Positions 1 to 13,820 of a DNA stretch of 64,000 bases are shown here, piece after piece; the stretch's first letter is position 1, and each line of letters opens with the position of its first letter. The notes beneath the pieces were generated by a model. It was not told the DNA's origin. It did no database searches and saw only the letters and a program-made list of their open reading frames with translations. The translations under genes and the position numbers were made by a program. The stretch is from positions 54,746,001 to 54,810,000 of the forward strand of contig NC_043006.1 of assembly GCF_006345805.1 (NCBI RefSeq), read 5' to 3'. The DNA comes from Octopus sinensis (taxonomy: Eukaryota).

Positions 1-3000
1 CATCATCATCATCATCATTGTTTTATATCCATTTTTTTTCATGCTGGTATTAGCTGGTCAGGTCTTCTAACATCCACCTGCCACCCATCATGTCCTCCTT
101 TGTTTTGTATGCATAACAACAGTGAGAGACCAGCCAACTCTGTTGTTGAATATTTCATTATTTCCATATGATTTCTATGGCTGAATCACCAACTCACTAA
201 CCACCAACCACTTTATTGTGTAAGACTGAGTGTAATTATTTTGCCACTAGCAATTACAGAAGCAAACCCTGAGACGAGTCTTTCTACCCTACATTGTGGC
301 CATTTCTTCTTTCTTGATTTTTTTTTTTTTACTGGATGCCTTTCCTAATACAAACTACTTTGCATTGTGGACTGTATGCATTTTATTGCCCCACTGGAAT
401 AAGATTGGTTATCCCCGATATGACTAAAGAGTCCTATCACTGTCTTCTTTTGTACTTTCAATTCTGGCATGTTTTTTTTAAAGCTGGTTGTCCTTCCTAA
501 TGCTGTTTAAACAAATTGGTAGTTTATATTGAATTCAAGCAGTAGCCATCTTGTCTTTATGTTTGGCATGTTATTCTAAGAACTTAAAATTGTATTTTTT
601 CATTTCAATTTCAAAGATTTTAGGAAGGTTAGTACCAAGCCAGTCTTAATCCAGTAGATGTATGATCAAAGGTATTTCAACTACGAGCATCTCCTTCCTT
701 TTTTTTCCAGACATTCTTTGTCAAACACTACATTATCCAACTTGTCCTTCTGTTTTTTTTTAAGATGATAGGGTGTGATTTGATGGAGATTTAGCTGCTA
801 TTTTAGCAGGTCTGACAAACTCAAAGAGTTTTCTTGTTGGTTCGTGTTAAGATGTTTTTGAAGCTGATATGGTTACCATATTGATAGATTACATGTAAAA
901 ATTAGAATCTCTCTGAATTAGTTGGGAATATCTTCAGTATAAGTCAGTTTTATGTAATTTTCCAACATGTTTTCAGGTTCAGTCCCACTGTACAGCACCT
1001 TGGGCAAATGTTTTCTGCTATAACCTCTGACTGACAAATAGCTTATGAGTGAATTTAGTAGACAGAAACTGCGTGGAATCCTGTCATTTAAATGTGTGTG
1101 CGTGTGTGCAGTTTAATTAAAATCCTTCAGTGTGGCGGCCCGGCATGGTTGCAATCTAAAGACTGAAACAGTAAAAAGTAAAAGGTAGAAAAAACACAAA
1201 GAAAACAGATGAAAGATACTTCAACAATCATACTATTCTAGTGCCCATCAAAATTGAATTCTTTGAGAAATTTACTTTTGGGCATGCAGGAATCCAAAAG
1301 TGGAATATTACTGTGTTATAATACCTGGTCATGGGTATTTTGTATCTTTGGATAGAATATGCCATTCTCTTTATATTGGGCTATCTAGTTAAAAAATTAT
1401 GGATCATTTCTAAATCATTGTAGATCAAGTATTGAAAAGAAGGGCATCAAAAAGAAAAACTATTCATAGAACAGAAATGTGTTTCTAAAACACATTCTAC
1501 ATGGTTCTACTTTCAGATCCTTCCATTGTGGGTATAAAATTGAAGAAAAAAATATTAATTTACTCTCATAGGAAGCAATGATAAAACACTGACAAATATA
1601 CAAGAAAAAATAAGGCAGTTGTTTTTAAATGATTAATTAGAAAGAATGACATTTTGCCAATACAGCTAAGCAATTAACTAATTACATTCTCAAAATATTG
1701 AAGAAATCCTAATAGAATGATTCCTACCATCTTTTTGATTCAGACTAGCAATTTGTAAAAATGCTACCCTCTTCATCTGAGCAGCATTCTAGTAAAAGAC
1801 AAAAATTGTTTAATTTTATGGTTTTTGATCATTAGTGGCATATCAGGGAAATTTTTGATTCTTGACATTACATCTGTTGTTTAGCCTCAGGTTAGTCCAG
1901 CGCTAGCAGTTCTCTTTGGTTTTATTTTTTATTTCAAGGCCAACTTGTGTAGAAAAGCATATAATTAATCAACCCCAGTACATTATTGGCAATTCTTTTA
2001 CTGAGCCAATAAGTATCTGAAGTCAGGTTGTTGAACTTGGCATTCTGCTGCCTTGACCATGTACCATTTCAATGAAATATTAAATTCTTACGCAGACAAA
2101 ATCTCAGATTTATAAAAGTGAATTGAAATTGTGTGATAGTCATGCCTTTCAATGGGGTATTAGCACATTTTAAGTAGCTTCATTTGTGAAGACTCACTGT
2201 TGCTCTTAAAAAAGGAAGAGCTGTTACTTGTATTTTTGTTTGAAGTCTATAGTGGAATGGCTTAAAAGAGAAAAAAAAAACAGCCTGTAGACAGATATTG
2301 ATTTATCTTACCACAACAGTTATACTTCAGTGAGCCGATGCTGTTTTACCAAAGAGAATAGATTCCATTCAAGTCGAATATCAAGGGAACAGGAATACAA
2401 GCTCTGTTGTGGGAATTTCCTGTATAGTTGTCCATAAAAAAGGATATAAAAAGAATATTACTACCATTATTGTTCATATAATTCTTATAAAAAGAAATAA
2501 CTTTTGGTTATGAATTCAGATTCATGTGTGACATGATATTAAACATTGTAAACTTCAACGTTTTTATTGTAAGTACTATCTTTATTAAGAAAATAATTAA
2601 AATAGCCATAAATAGAACCCCACCCACCAAATAAACAACAAAGAAAAAACAAACAAACAAGCAAATTTATTATATCCAGTTTAAGTATAGAGAGTCAAAA
2701 ATGCTCTGCAATGTAATTATAGTGAGGAAATTGACTGTATCTGATGCTCTAATGAGCATCAGATGCTCTAATGAGCATTAGATGCAATGTCTTGTGGTAT
2801 TTGTTCTAACACTTTGAACTCAGGAATTCAAGCACGGTCAAGGTCGACTTTATCTTTCATCCTTTTAAAGTCAGTAAAAAAGTACCAACTGAAAGGTAGT
2901 GGATTACCAGAACTGTAAGAACAGTAGGCCAAGTGCCTTGCAGTATTTGCTCTGGTTGTTTGTGTTCTGAGTTCAAATTCTACCATGGCCTACTTGTATA

Positions 3001-3583
3001 GTAAATTTAATCTGTCATCTAGTTTAATTCCTCTCTCTGCATTGGGAATGCCTTTGACAAAAGTTCACTCTAGAGATGTAAGTATTCAGGCCTGGTCTTC
3101 AGTTTGAGGGTATCTTCTTCCTTCCTTCAACCTCTCAAAGGTTATTTAAAGGGTCATGGGCACTGTCTTCATTAGTGACTAAAAGATGTAAAATAAAAAA
3201 AATGAATAAACAAAAAAGGCAAAATCAGTAAAATGGTTGTTCAAAAAGTGTTATTTAGTTATAGTGATTTGAATTTAGTTAATGGACTTCTCTCTAACTT
3301 TTCTTTCTCATATAGGCCTTATAGTAGCAGATATCGATAAATAAAGTTTTTTTAAATTCTTTTTTTTATTATCATCAGATTTGAAACTATTATATTAGAA
3401 GAACAGATTGGGCGTTAATTTCCTTCAAATTTCAAGATATTCATAGAACCTGTTCTAATGAGAGAACAATTTTCCAAAAATAGCTGTTAAAGAAACTCAG
3501 GTCTTTGTAGTAACTGATGGTATTGTTTATGTTCCCACAATAATGCATTATGACAGTGTTGTTGGTGTCTCTATTATAATGTA

Positions 3584-3800
3584 TGAGAGGGTGTAGAAAA
3601 GTTTCTGGCTTTGGGTAAAAGAAAATACAGGAGGATCAGTTAATAATGATTTTACTCAACCCATTCCCCTATCAGATTCACACACTTATTGCAACAGTCC
3701 TTCAGTTTTTCTAAGCCCTGTAAAAGAACTTGGAAGGTTGGGCCTCCAACCTGGCCTTTCGCGATACCCTTAAAGCCAGGATCTTTGCAGCTCCCCCTTG
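3584..3800. mobile_element. Mariner-derived MITE
   Basis: Imperfect TIRs (TGAGAGGGTGTAGAAAAGTTTCTGGCTT vs reverse complement CAAGGGGGAGCTGCAAAGATCCTGGCTT), with TA at 3582-3583 and 3801-3802. Confidence 0.6.
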
Positions 3801-4319
3801 TATATTGACAGTATTGTTGACGTCCCCACTACAATGTTATCATTGGTATATTATCAAGGTCCTCACTATACTGTTTATTGAGGGAGTATTTTGTACCTTA
3901 ACCTTTTACCTGCTCTGTGTATATCATATGATACACCAAACGTATTACCTTGATGTTTGTGCATCGTATATATGAGCACAAATTCAATTTGTTTCAATCA
4001 TAAGAGTAACTAGGACTTATCAAGGCAAAATTTTATATTACTCACAATGTAGGAAACAATGGCTAACTAAGAGTCTGAGAACACACATGGACATTTATGA
4101 CAAACTTATGAAAATGCTTTGGAGCGGTAAAGAGTTAATAAATGAAATAAATATTAAAATTTCTTCTGTGGTGCTGGAACAGAACAAAAGATTAAGCTGT
4201 CAAATGCACTCTGTGATAAATATATAAACATTGAGTGTGTTGACATGACTTTGTGGATAAAATCTTCAATTTCTGAATGTGATAAATACAGAGCTGAGAT
4301 GGCTCTTGTCTATGAAATA

Positions 4320-5186
4320 TGTGGTCAGATCAGCAAGTATCCAGACTGTTGCTATAGTAACGAAGCTAAAGTACAGAGAGTGAAGCTGCTTGGTACAGAT
4401 TGACCTTGAACTCTGCTGTGCATGTGCTCTTAGTTTTAATGTACTAGCTCACTTCTGCTGTTTACAGCAGTGCTTGGAAGGAAGGTGTGTAGTGTGTGAT
4501 TGTCACATTGACTATGACAGACAAAGTTGAGCAGAAAATCTGCATCAAATTTTGCCAAAAGCTTGGCGATACCTGCTCAAAGGCCTACACAAAGTTTTCA
4601 AAAAGTTTTCATTGTTCTAGACACAATCAAAGAGATCTTGTGCAACGGAAACCTGAGTATCTTTTTGGTGAGCTGAAAGCAGTTTGTATCCAAATCTTCA
4701 GTGATAGTGGACTGAACTGAACTGCAACTAATCTGCACATCCTCAGATAACTCACGGATGGTGATTTAATGATTTCTCCTCACAGTTGCATGCATATCTG
4801 CGATATTTTCCTCAGTTTTGCTGGTTGCGGGTCACCCAGAACATTTGTTAATATCGACATTTTTTCAGCCATCTTGGAAATGTCTGAACCACTTGTACAC
4901 TTGTGTGCAGCTCATACACTCCTCTCCATACAATTTCTGCAACTTTGCATAGGCCTCTGAGCAGGTATCACTATGACAACTTTCTCTGTCATGGTCAATG
5001 CGACGACCACGCACTACACACCTTCCTTCGAAGCACTGCTGTAAACAGCAGAAGTGAGCTAGAACATTAAAACTTAGTGCACATGCACAGCAGAGTTCAA
5101 GGTTAACCTGTGCCAAGTGGCTTTACTCAGTGTGCTTTAGCTTCGTTACTATAGCAACAGTCCGGATACTTATTGATCAGACCACG
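4320..5186 (-). mobile_element. Mariner deletion derivative made of two inverted 5-prime ends
   Basis: TA at 4318-4319 and 5187-5188; about 275-nt inverted arms. Both ends encode the transposase N-terminus (MTDKVEQKICIKFCQKLGDTCSKAY on +; DTCSEAYAKLQKLYGEECMSCTQVYKWFRHFQDG on -). No catalytic domain. Confidence 0.85.
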
Positions 5187-8100
5187 TATATCTAAAATAC
5201 ACGGTCATATAAGTAAATCAATAAAATAGTAAGTGGCATTAAACAGGAAAGTATCCTCTGTTTAGCTTCACTGATTAATATTATTATTTAAGAACACAAC
5301 CATAAAGGGCTTTTACTGTGCTGGGAACATTTAGATAAGTTTTATTGATATATTGCTCTTTAGTAGTATAAGTGCATGAATATTAATCATGACATTTTAA
5401 TGATGATACTTGACATCTACAAATAGAGTCCTGATTTTTGATAATTTTCTCACAGACTTTCAATGACCAACTCTCATAAGATACTACATGGACTATTGTT
5501 TACACTGTCGACTATTTTCACAACATGACTATTGTTTTCTCTGTTATGTTAATATCTTCTACCTATAACCAGCCAATTTAAAGTACTCAAAAGTTATACA
5601 CTCTATGTGAAGAGCCCCCATGCTAAGGAGTTTCATAAAAAGAAATTCTAGCAAACTTTTCCTTCCTAGTTTAGGAAATTATTGTTAAGTAGGGCAGTAA
5701 ACAACACTGTCTACTAAAATAGCTATATTATCAGGCTGATAAAAGCCTTGTGAGTGGATTTGTTAGAAACTGAAAGAATCCTCTGTGTATGTGTGTGTGT
5801 ATGTGTGTGTGTGTGTGTGTGTGCGCACCTCCTTATTATGATATTGCATGATAGCAGTGTTGTTTATATCCAGTCTTCCATGAAACATGTCAGGTCGTAT
5901 GGAAATATGTACCTTGCTTGGAAATAAGGGAGGATTGGCAACAAGAAGATCATCCAGCTGTAGAAATTATGCCTGGCCCATGAAAGCATAGAAAAGTGGG
6001 TATTAAAAAATTGATGATGATGATGATGGTTAAAGAGGGGATAGATTTTTGCCCATACAGAATTTCTCAAAATTTACAGCAACAATAAGGTATGGAAGAA
6101 TTGAGTTAGAACAGTACTTTTGAAAATATGTTTAAAGAGAATGAAAAATGGTAACTTGAAAATTTTAGTCACATCATTTAAGTCATTGATATGAAATACT
6201 TCTCTTATGAATTGAATTTGAATAAGAGGCTAACATTTTATCTAGTTTATATAAAATGTGGCTTTCTATTTGGGAAATTTTAATTAGCTAATTAAATCAA
6301 TTTGTGAGTAATTTAGAATAGAATATCAGTATCTGGTGTGTTAAGTTTGCAGACCTGGTTGTGCTTCCTAGTTATAACTACTTTGCTTTGTGTCTGATGT
6401 TCTTGGAAAAACCACAAGGTACACAGTTTTGCTTCTCTTGAAGTAGGACTATCTGTTCATTGATGGATACTTCTGATTGCCAAAGGCTAAGTAATTACTC
6501 AGTTCATCTTACTTGCATAAGTCAAATGAATATTGGTTGATTTAATTGATTTGGTGATTCATTAAACAAATTAATCCTGTGAGAACAAATATAATTGATT
6601 TATCTTTCCAGTTTGTATTTACTTAAAAGTCATGGAATGTATTGCAATCAAAAGCTTGTTAACTTACATCTTTTGTGCCAAATAAAAAAAAAACTAAGAT
6701 AAAGTCAAAGAAAGCAGTGTAAAAAACAAACACACCCAAAGTGTTTCATATTCTTGTATCTTTTTTTTTATACAAAATACAATATTCCTGCATCTTTTTT
6801 TTTCTTAATGTCTAGGTAAACTAATTCATAACTTTGTTTTACAATCATTTTTCCATGGATTAGATAAATGTATTATTAAGGTATGGTTTTACAGCTAGAT
6901 GCCCTTCCTGTTGCTAACCCATACCTACTTTTCAAGGCATCTCTTCTTTTACATAAGTTCAAAGTATGTAGAACTGCCTTATGTAACATATCTTGACTCT
7001 TACTGAAGGAAAACCAGCAGACAATTTTGTTAACAGGGAAAATGACATCTACATTAACTAATTGTTGTGAATATTTTGGCTCTGTTTCAGCGAATGTTGA
7101 GTTTTTTTATCTATTGGGGTGTCATTATCTAGATTTAGTTCCTGTACTACAGGGGAATGATAAATGTCTCATCTATTCGGGAACTGTTAATATTTAAACT
7201 CAGTAAGGTGGTGAGCTGGTAGAATCATTAGCATGTTGGGAGAAAATGCTTAGCAACATTTTGTTTGTCTTTACATTCTGAGTTCAGATTCTGCTGGGGT
7301 TGACTTTACGTTTCATCTTTAAGGGGTTGATAAAATAAGTATCAGCTAATCACTGGGGTTGATGTAATCAACTTACCCACTTTCTCAAAAGTGCTGGCTT
7401 TGTGCCAAAATTTGAAATCAACATAAGGTGGCAGAATCACTCGCATACTGGGAAAAATACTTAGTGGCATATCATCCATCTTTACATTCTGAGTTTGAAT
7501 TCTGCCAGGATTTAACTTTACCTTTCATCCTTGCAGAGTAGATAAAATAAGTACCAGCTGAACACTGGGGTTGATGTAATCAACTTAGCCTCTTCTCCAA
7601 AATTGCTGGACTTAAGCCAAAATTTGAAACCAATTTCTAAGTTAAGTTTCTGTGCTACAGATGACGTTTGAATAATTTCCTTATTAAACAGCAATGATAG
7701 ATCCCTCTTGATTTGCTTCTAGGTTTTTGGTTGACTATCTCATACAACCATTTCTCGATCAACTTTTCCCTTGGTTACCATCAACAATCAGTCCAAATTA
7801 TTTAACTCCAAGTCAACCCTATTTTAATGGACTTAGAATCAAGGTTATTCTATCCAAGGCCATTTTATTTCCCTTTTCTAAATTAAATATTTAATTGTGA
7901 TTTGGGAGTGACTTAGCTGCTCCCCCCACTTTCAACTTCTAATCAGTTGAGTGATCATGTAGAGGTTACTTCATGCCATTTAGCTTCTTTCATCTTTCCT
8001 TTGTAAATTTTTCTCCATTTACAAAAGCCACTTATGTAATGCTTATATATCATGATAACACAAGCTTACATGTACTTCTCAGATGTGTCTGATCCTGATT

Positions 8101-8485
8101 AAGTTGACCATGATCAAAAGCATACTTATTAACTAATGTTAATAAGTATTTGAGATGGTAGAGTGTGATTTGATGGAAATTTGGCTGCTATTCCTAAAAG
8201 GTCCAGTGACTATGTAGATGCCCATTCATTGTTCTAGTTCTTTCAATTGGTACATGATTATTCCATTCTCTTTGTTGTCCAGTCTCTGAGCTGCTGTCAT
8301 CAACTAACTATCCTAGTTTGCTGTTTGGTCACTGATTATCATCAACCACATGTCTTCATTTTTTTTGTTTTGGCCATGTCTAAATATTTCTGCTTTTAAA
8401 CAAATATTTTTTGCTCTACTTCAACTCCAATTGATGCACTTTTTCCAGTTAACATATTTGTTTAAGGAAAAACAAATTATACATA

Positions 8486-8860
8486 CGCAGGCATGGCTGT
8501 GTGGTAAGAAGTTCGCTTCCCAACTACACAGTCCTGGGTTCAGTCCCACTGTGTAGCACCTTGAGCAAGTGTTTTCTACTATAGCCTTGGGCCAAGTAAG
8601 TGAATTTGGTAGATGGAAACTGAAAGAAGCCTGTTGTATATGTGTGTGTGTGTCTGTATTTGTCCCCATCACTGCTTGACAACTGGTGTTGGTGTGTTTA
8701 CATCCCTGTAACTTAGCAGTTCAGAAAAAGGGGACAATAGAATGAGTACCAGGCTTTAAAAAAAAGAAAAAATACAAGGGTTGATTTGTTTGACTAAATA
8801 TTCTCCAAGGCAGTGCCCCAGCTTGGTCGCAGTCTAATGACTGAAACAAGTAAAAGATAA
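8486..8860 (+). mobile_element. tRNA-derived SINE, family A (CORE-like GCACCTTGRGCAAGTG segment, internal TG microsatellite)
   Basis: Head GCAGGCATGGCTGTGTGGTAAG, B-box-like GGTTCAGTCCC, tail GACTGAAACAAGTAAAAGA; matches copies at 13821, 30269, 41344 and 47835. Confidence 0.8.
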
Positions 8861-9194
8861 AAAAAATATACTATGTTTATTTCAGACAAAGCATTAAGTA
8901 TTGAGTAATTTCCAACTCTTGAATTAACTTTTTAGATCTCTCAAAGCAATTTGAAATATTTCTGAATACTTAGCTTTGGTTTCCCACCCTTTTTATGGTA
9001 AACACTGTGTGTGGGTGTGTAGGTGTGTGTGTGTGCATCTTGGAACAAGATGCTTTTTGAGAATTCTAAAATAAAATCTTCATTAATGTTAAAAATTTGT
9101 TTGAAAAGATTTTGATTTTAACAAATGAACATTTAAATTTCGTTTTGGATTTGGTTTGCAAGATTCTTTATGTGTATTCATGTGTTGAAGCATA

Positions 9195-9313
9195 TTTTGA
9201 TGTGCCTGGGGAGAGTTATTCTCTTTTAGTGCCTTATGAGTGGAAACTTTACCGGTGAGTGTGTTAAACAATAAGGCACTAAAAGAGAATGACTCTCCCC
9301 AGATACAACAAAA
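9195..9313. repeat. Short inverted repeat, probably a small MITE
   Basis: 43-nt arms at 9195-9237 and 9271-9313 (TTTTGATGTGCCTGGGGAGAGTTATTCTCTTTTAGTGCCTTAT and near-exact reverse complement), 33-nt spacer. Confidence 0.8.
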
Positions 9314-10774
9314 TGTTTAAATTGAGATAGGTAAATTCACAAACATATTTACATGCACTAACATATAACATAACAGAAAAATGAATGAAATGAGAAATGA
9401 GAAAAAGCTCTAACAATGCATAAAGTTTGAGAAAGCCTTTATATTTTTTTAGATGCTAAGGTCTATCTTTAGAACACTCTTATCCCATGTTAGCATATAA
9501 TTGTACATGTATACAATTTCACCCATGGATAAATATGCATTTATGCACATATGCATGAGGAAACTTAGAAAACTTCTAGCTGAATTGACAAACTTCTAGC
9601 TGAATTTGGTTAAGAAGTTTTTGTCAAACCATTTCATTGCAACCTCCACTGATGGGCTAATTCATGTGTCTTCATCATTGGCATACCTCAAATTTTCATC
9701 CTGTTAACCACCATGTTCCTTTTGTACAATAATGGTCTTCTTCATGACGCATAACTCTTATTCAAATCATACCTCCTTTCATTCCTCACTTAATTCTGAG
9801 TTCAAATCTTGTGTCATCAATGTAAATTTTTTCATCCTTCTGGGGTTGATTAAATAACTGACTACCTTAAGTAGTTATCTACTTAAGATGGTGAATTGGC
9901 AGAGTTGTTAGAGCATTGGTTAGGGGTAGGGAGGGTAATTGTTCTGATTCTATGCTCTCTGAGTGCAAATCCTGATGAGGTCATCTTCACCTTTCATACT
10001 TTGCTTGTTAAAAAAAAAGTACCAGTTTGGGACACTGGATTGGCAGAACTGTAAGAAGATTGGACATGATGCCTTGCAATATCTCTTGCTGTGATGACAC
10101 ATGTGCTGAGCTGTATTGGTCCAAATTGGTAATCTTCCCTGTGGATAACTTCAATTGTATGGAAAAAGGAGACTTTCATACATGGATAACTGCCTGTGTT
10201 CCTCAAAAGAAAAATTTTGTCCAGGCTTATGCATACATATGCAGACACATAGGTGACCTTGACTGACAGATGCCTTATATACAGTCAAATACTTCCCCTA
10301 AAAAATTTGTGGTTTTGTACTGAAGGTTGAAACTTATTTAATCCAAAAAAGAAGAAGCAATGTATATTCCATAGACCTTACAAACCTTGCTAGACTGGTG
10401 AGATCATTATGGGTGAGGTTCAGCTTGAACCTCTGTAATATCGTCAGGTATAATACAAATATGTGAAGATGCATGGTCCAGTGGTTAGGGTTTTCCACTC
10501 ATAATTGCTAGATCATGGTTTCAATTCCCTGACAGGCAGCGCTTTGTGTTCTTGAGCAAAACACTTCATTTCATATTGCTCCAGTCCACTCAGCTGTAAA
10601 TGGGTAACTCTGCAACAGACTAGTGTTGCATACAGGGTGAATGTTGTCCTGCTTGCCAAGCTAGTGGGGTTGCAAGATTCAAAAGCTACAACAATGCAAT
10701 GAAGTGCATTGAGAGCAGCAGTGTATAACACATCTGATAGTCTGGTCAATACAATGATACAGTGATAATACAAG

Positions 10775-11110
10775 TATAGGTTAGGGTACCGGGCTCACAG
10801 TCATGAAGTAGTGAGTTCGATTCCCGGACCAAACTGTGTGTTGTGTTTTTGAGCAAAACATTTTATTTCACATTGCTTTAGTTCACTCAGCTGTAGAAAT
10901 AAGTTGTGACATCACTGGTGCCAAGCTCTATCCGCCTTTGCCTTTCCCTTGGATAAGATTGGTGGTGTGGAGAGAGGAGGCTGGTATTCATGGACGATTG
11001 CTGGTCTTCCACAAACAACTTTGCCCAGGCATGTACCTTGGAGGTAACTTTCTAGGTGCAATCCCATGGTCATTCATGACCAAAGTTGTGGTAGTAGGGG
11101 GTGGTCTTTT
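10775..11110 (+). mobile_element. tRNA-derived SINE, family C
   Basis: B box GAGTTCGATTCCCGG; body nearly collinear with copies at about 37375-37700 and 43907-44252. Confidence 0.75.
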
Positions 11111-11993
11111 TACAAGCATAGCAGGATTTTCAGGGGATTGCATTTGTGAGGAGAAAGGATTCAGAAACAGTTTTTCATATAAAATTTGGCGAGGGATTGA
11201 TTGACAGTAGAAGGGGGTTGAGAAGAGGAAAGACACTTGTATTGAGTGAGTTTTGGTGGAAGTGGCAGTAGGTCTTATCATCATATGGAATTTCATGTCA
11301 TATGATTGCTGGCTCTGTTGCTCCAATCCACTACAGTTGCATTGTGCTATAAGTGTGCATGGGTGGATGGGTGGATGACTATGTGTTTACACAGCTGTAA
11401 ACCGTTACCCCCTACCCTACACTTCTAGTGTGAATGTGTGACAAGGGTGTAAAGTAGCTAAATTCCACTCAGCTGTAAGATCACAGGTATTAAGTGTCCT
11501 TTTTTATATATATGTATATTTTATAAATAGTGGCTTATCATTAAAACATTGACCATGGAAGTACAGATAAGTGCAACACTACCTGTGCTCTCTCTCTCTC
11601 TCTTTCTCTCCTTTGTTCATTGCTTCTGTGCCAATTCCTGCCCTCTTCTTGGCTTCTTCCTCAACCTTCTCCTCCTCGCTTTCTGGTCATTAGTCTTAGA
11701 TATTGGTTGTTAGTCTTACACAGTCTTCTTTTGTTTGTCCTTTGATGTTCAGCCACCTACCTGCTTGCCTCTTATCTCTACAGTCCCTCCTGACCAACAA
11801 AGATTACTAGTTTATCTTTGTTCTTCAGTTGCTGGCTTCTTTAAGTAGTTTCCATTTTCTTCTTTCTCTCTCCCCCTCTCTCCTCTCTCTCCCTTCTCTC
11901 TCTCCTCTGTCCTCCTTCTCTCTCTCTCTCTCCTGGAAACTCTTTGCTGATCCATAAATACTCTGTTCTCTCTCTACTCTTTCATTTGTCCAT

Positions 11994-12062
11994 CCAACCC
12001 TCCTTCCTTCCTTCCTTCCTTCCTTCCTTCCTTCCTTCCTTCTTTCCTTCCTTCCTTTCTTC
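11994..12062. repeat. (CCTT)n microsatellite within a CT-rich tract
   Basis: Direct reading; source of the spurious 11825 and 11944 ORFs. Confidence 0.95.
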
Positions 12063-12754
12063 TTTCCTTCTGTTCTTCTTTCAGCAGGTGAAGCTGCTAT
12101 TTTTATCACCCTCTCTGAACACTTCAAATACTCAGTACAGTCACAAATCCTTGTGTTGCCAGTGCTATAGTAGTCTGGTGACAGTGACTACAACAGTATT
12201 CCAAACATCTTCTCCCTCATAAAAACCAAAACAAACAGACAGACAGACAGACAGACACAGCCGACACTCACCCATCCTCCCCACAAACATTCCTCCAAAC
12301 GATGGTAGTGGTTGTGGTGAGTCTTTCAATTTTCTCTTTTTTTTTTATTTATTTGAAATATTTAACAGATTCCTAGATGTTTTTCAGACTCTTCCAGTAT
12401 TCAAACTATATCTTTTGACTCTGCTAATACCTTACCCCACCTCTCTCTCCTTTTGTTTCACCATCGGCTGTCTTTCTTTCTCTTAAATTTGTCCTCTCGC
12501 TCTCTCTCGCTATCTTTCTATCTCATCTGTCTCTCTCCCTCTCTCCCCCTCTCTCTCGGTATCTCATCTTATATCTGTCTCACTTTCACCTGCTTCAGAC
12601 ACTTTCAACATCTCTCTCTCTCTCCCTCCCTTTATCTGAAATCTTCATCCCTCAAGCTACAATTGTCTCCACCTCATAATATACTTTGTTTTTCTAATGG
12701 GCTTGCCTCAAATACCTTAATCTAATTCTTTTTATATGCCTGTATATAAGGTAC

Positions 12755-13005
12755 ATGTATGTATGTATGTATGTATGTATGTATGTATGTATGTATGTAT
12801 GTATGTATGTATGTGTGTGTGTGTGTGTGTGTGTGTATTATTAGTGTTTATTATCTATATAATTATTTCAATAAAATGTATATATGGATACATATGTACA
12901 TAAAACAAAACATACAAGTCTGCACGTATACATACATACATACTACATACATACATACATACATACATACATACATACATACATACATACACACATACAT
13001 ACATA
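12755..13005. repeat. (TATG)n/(TG)n and (TACA)n microsatellites
   Basis: Direct reading; source of the MYVC/IHTY ORFs. Confidence 0.95.
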
Positions 13006-13820
13006 CCCTGTTGTTGATGTTGAAATTCCAATGAAGGAGCCTTGGATCTAGGTTAGAAACCGGCTCTTTCTCTATTGGCAAGAAATCTTGAAATATAACT
13101 GAATATACATACATGTATGCATCAGATAGAATGTATAACAGATATGTATAATTTTCTAATTAACCGATATATTTTTAATTTCTCAGCAACAAATATTTCT
13201 TTGAAATCCTAACTGTTCATCTTCATCTTTTCACACTTTCAAACTCTGGGCTTAATGAGTCACCTCCTTGCATCAGCTTCTTTTCTTTCTTATTTTCATT
13301 TTTCCTTTTTTTTTTCTGTCTTCTGGTTTATCATTTTCTTTCTTTCTTACTTCTCTTCCACACCTTCTTCCTATCTTTTCTGCTTTTGTTTGGTCCTTCC
13401 TTTTCTTATGGTTTTCTTTTGTCCAGTATTTCCTTCCCTTCTTGTCTTTCTCCCCTTTCTGTGCTCCATTCTATTAATCTCTCAATCCTTACAGCATTTC
13501 ATCAGATTATAAACTAAGTGACATCTCATTATCACTTGTTGAGGCCTTCTCGATCCATCTTCATTAAATCATTTATATAAGTGCCAACTTGGTTTTGTGG
13601 TTAAGAAGATTGCTTTGCAAATATTTGGTTTCATGTTCAGTCCCAATGCACAGTCCCATGGGCAAGTGTCTTGTACTATAGCCTCAGGCCAACCAATGTC
13701 TTGTGTGAATGAACTTATTTGATAGAAACTGTGTGGAAGCCTGTTGTATGTGTGTGTATGTGTGTGTGTGTGTGTGTTTGTCCTCACCACAGTTTGACAA
13801 CTGGTGTTGTTTTGTTTATG

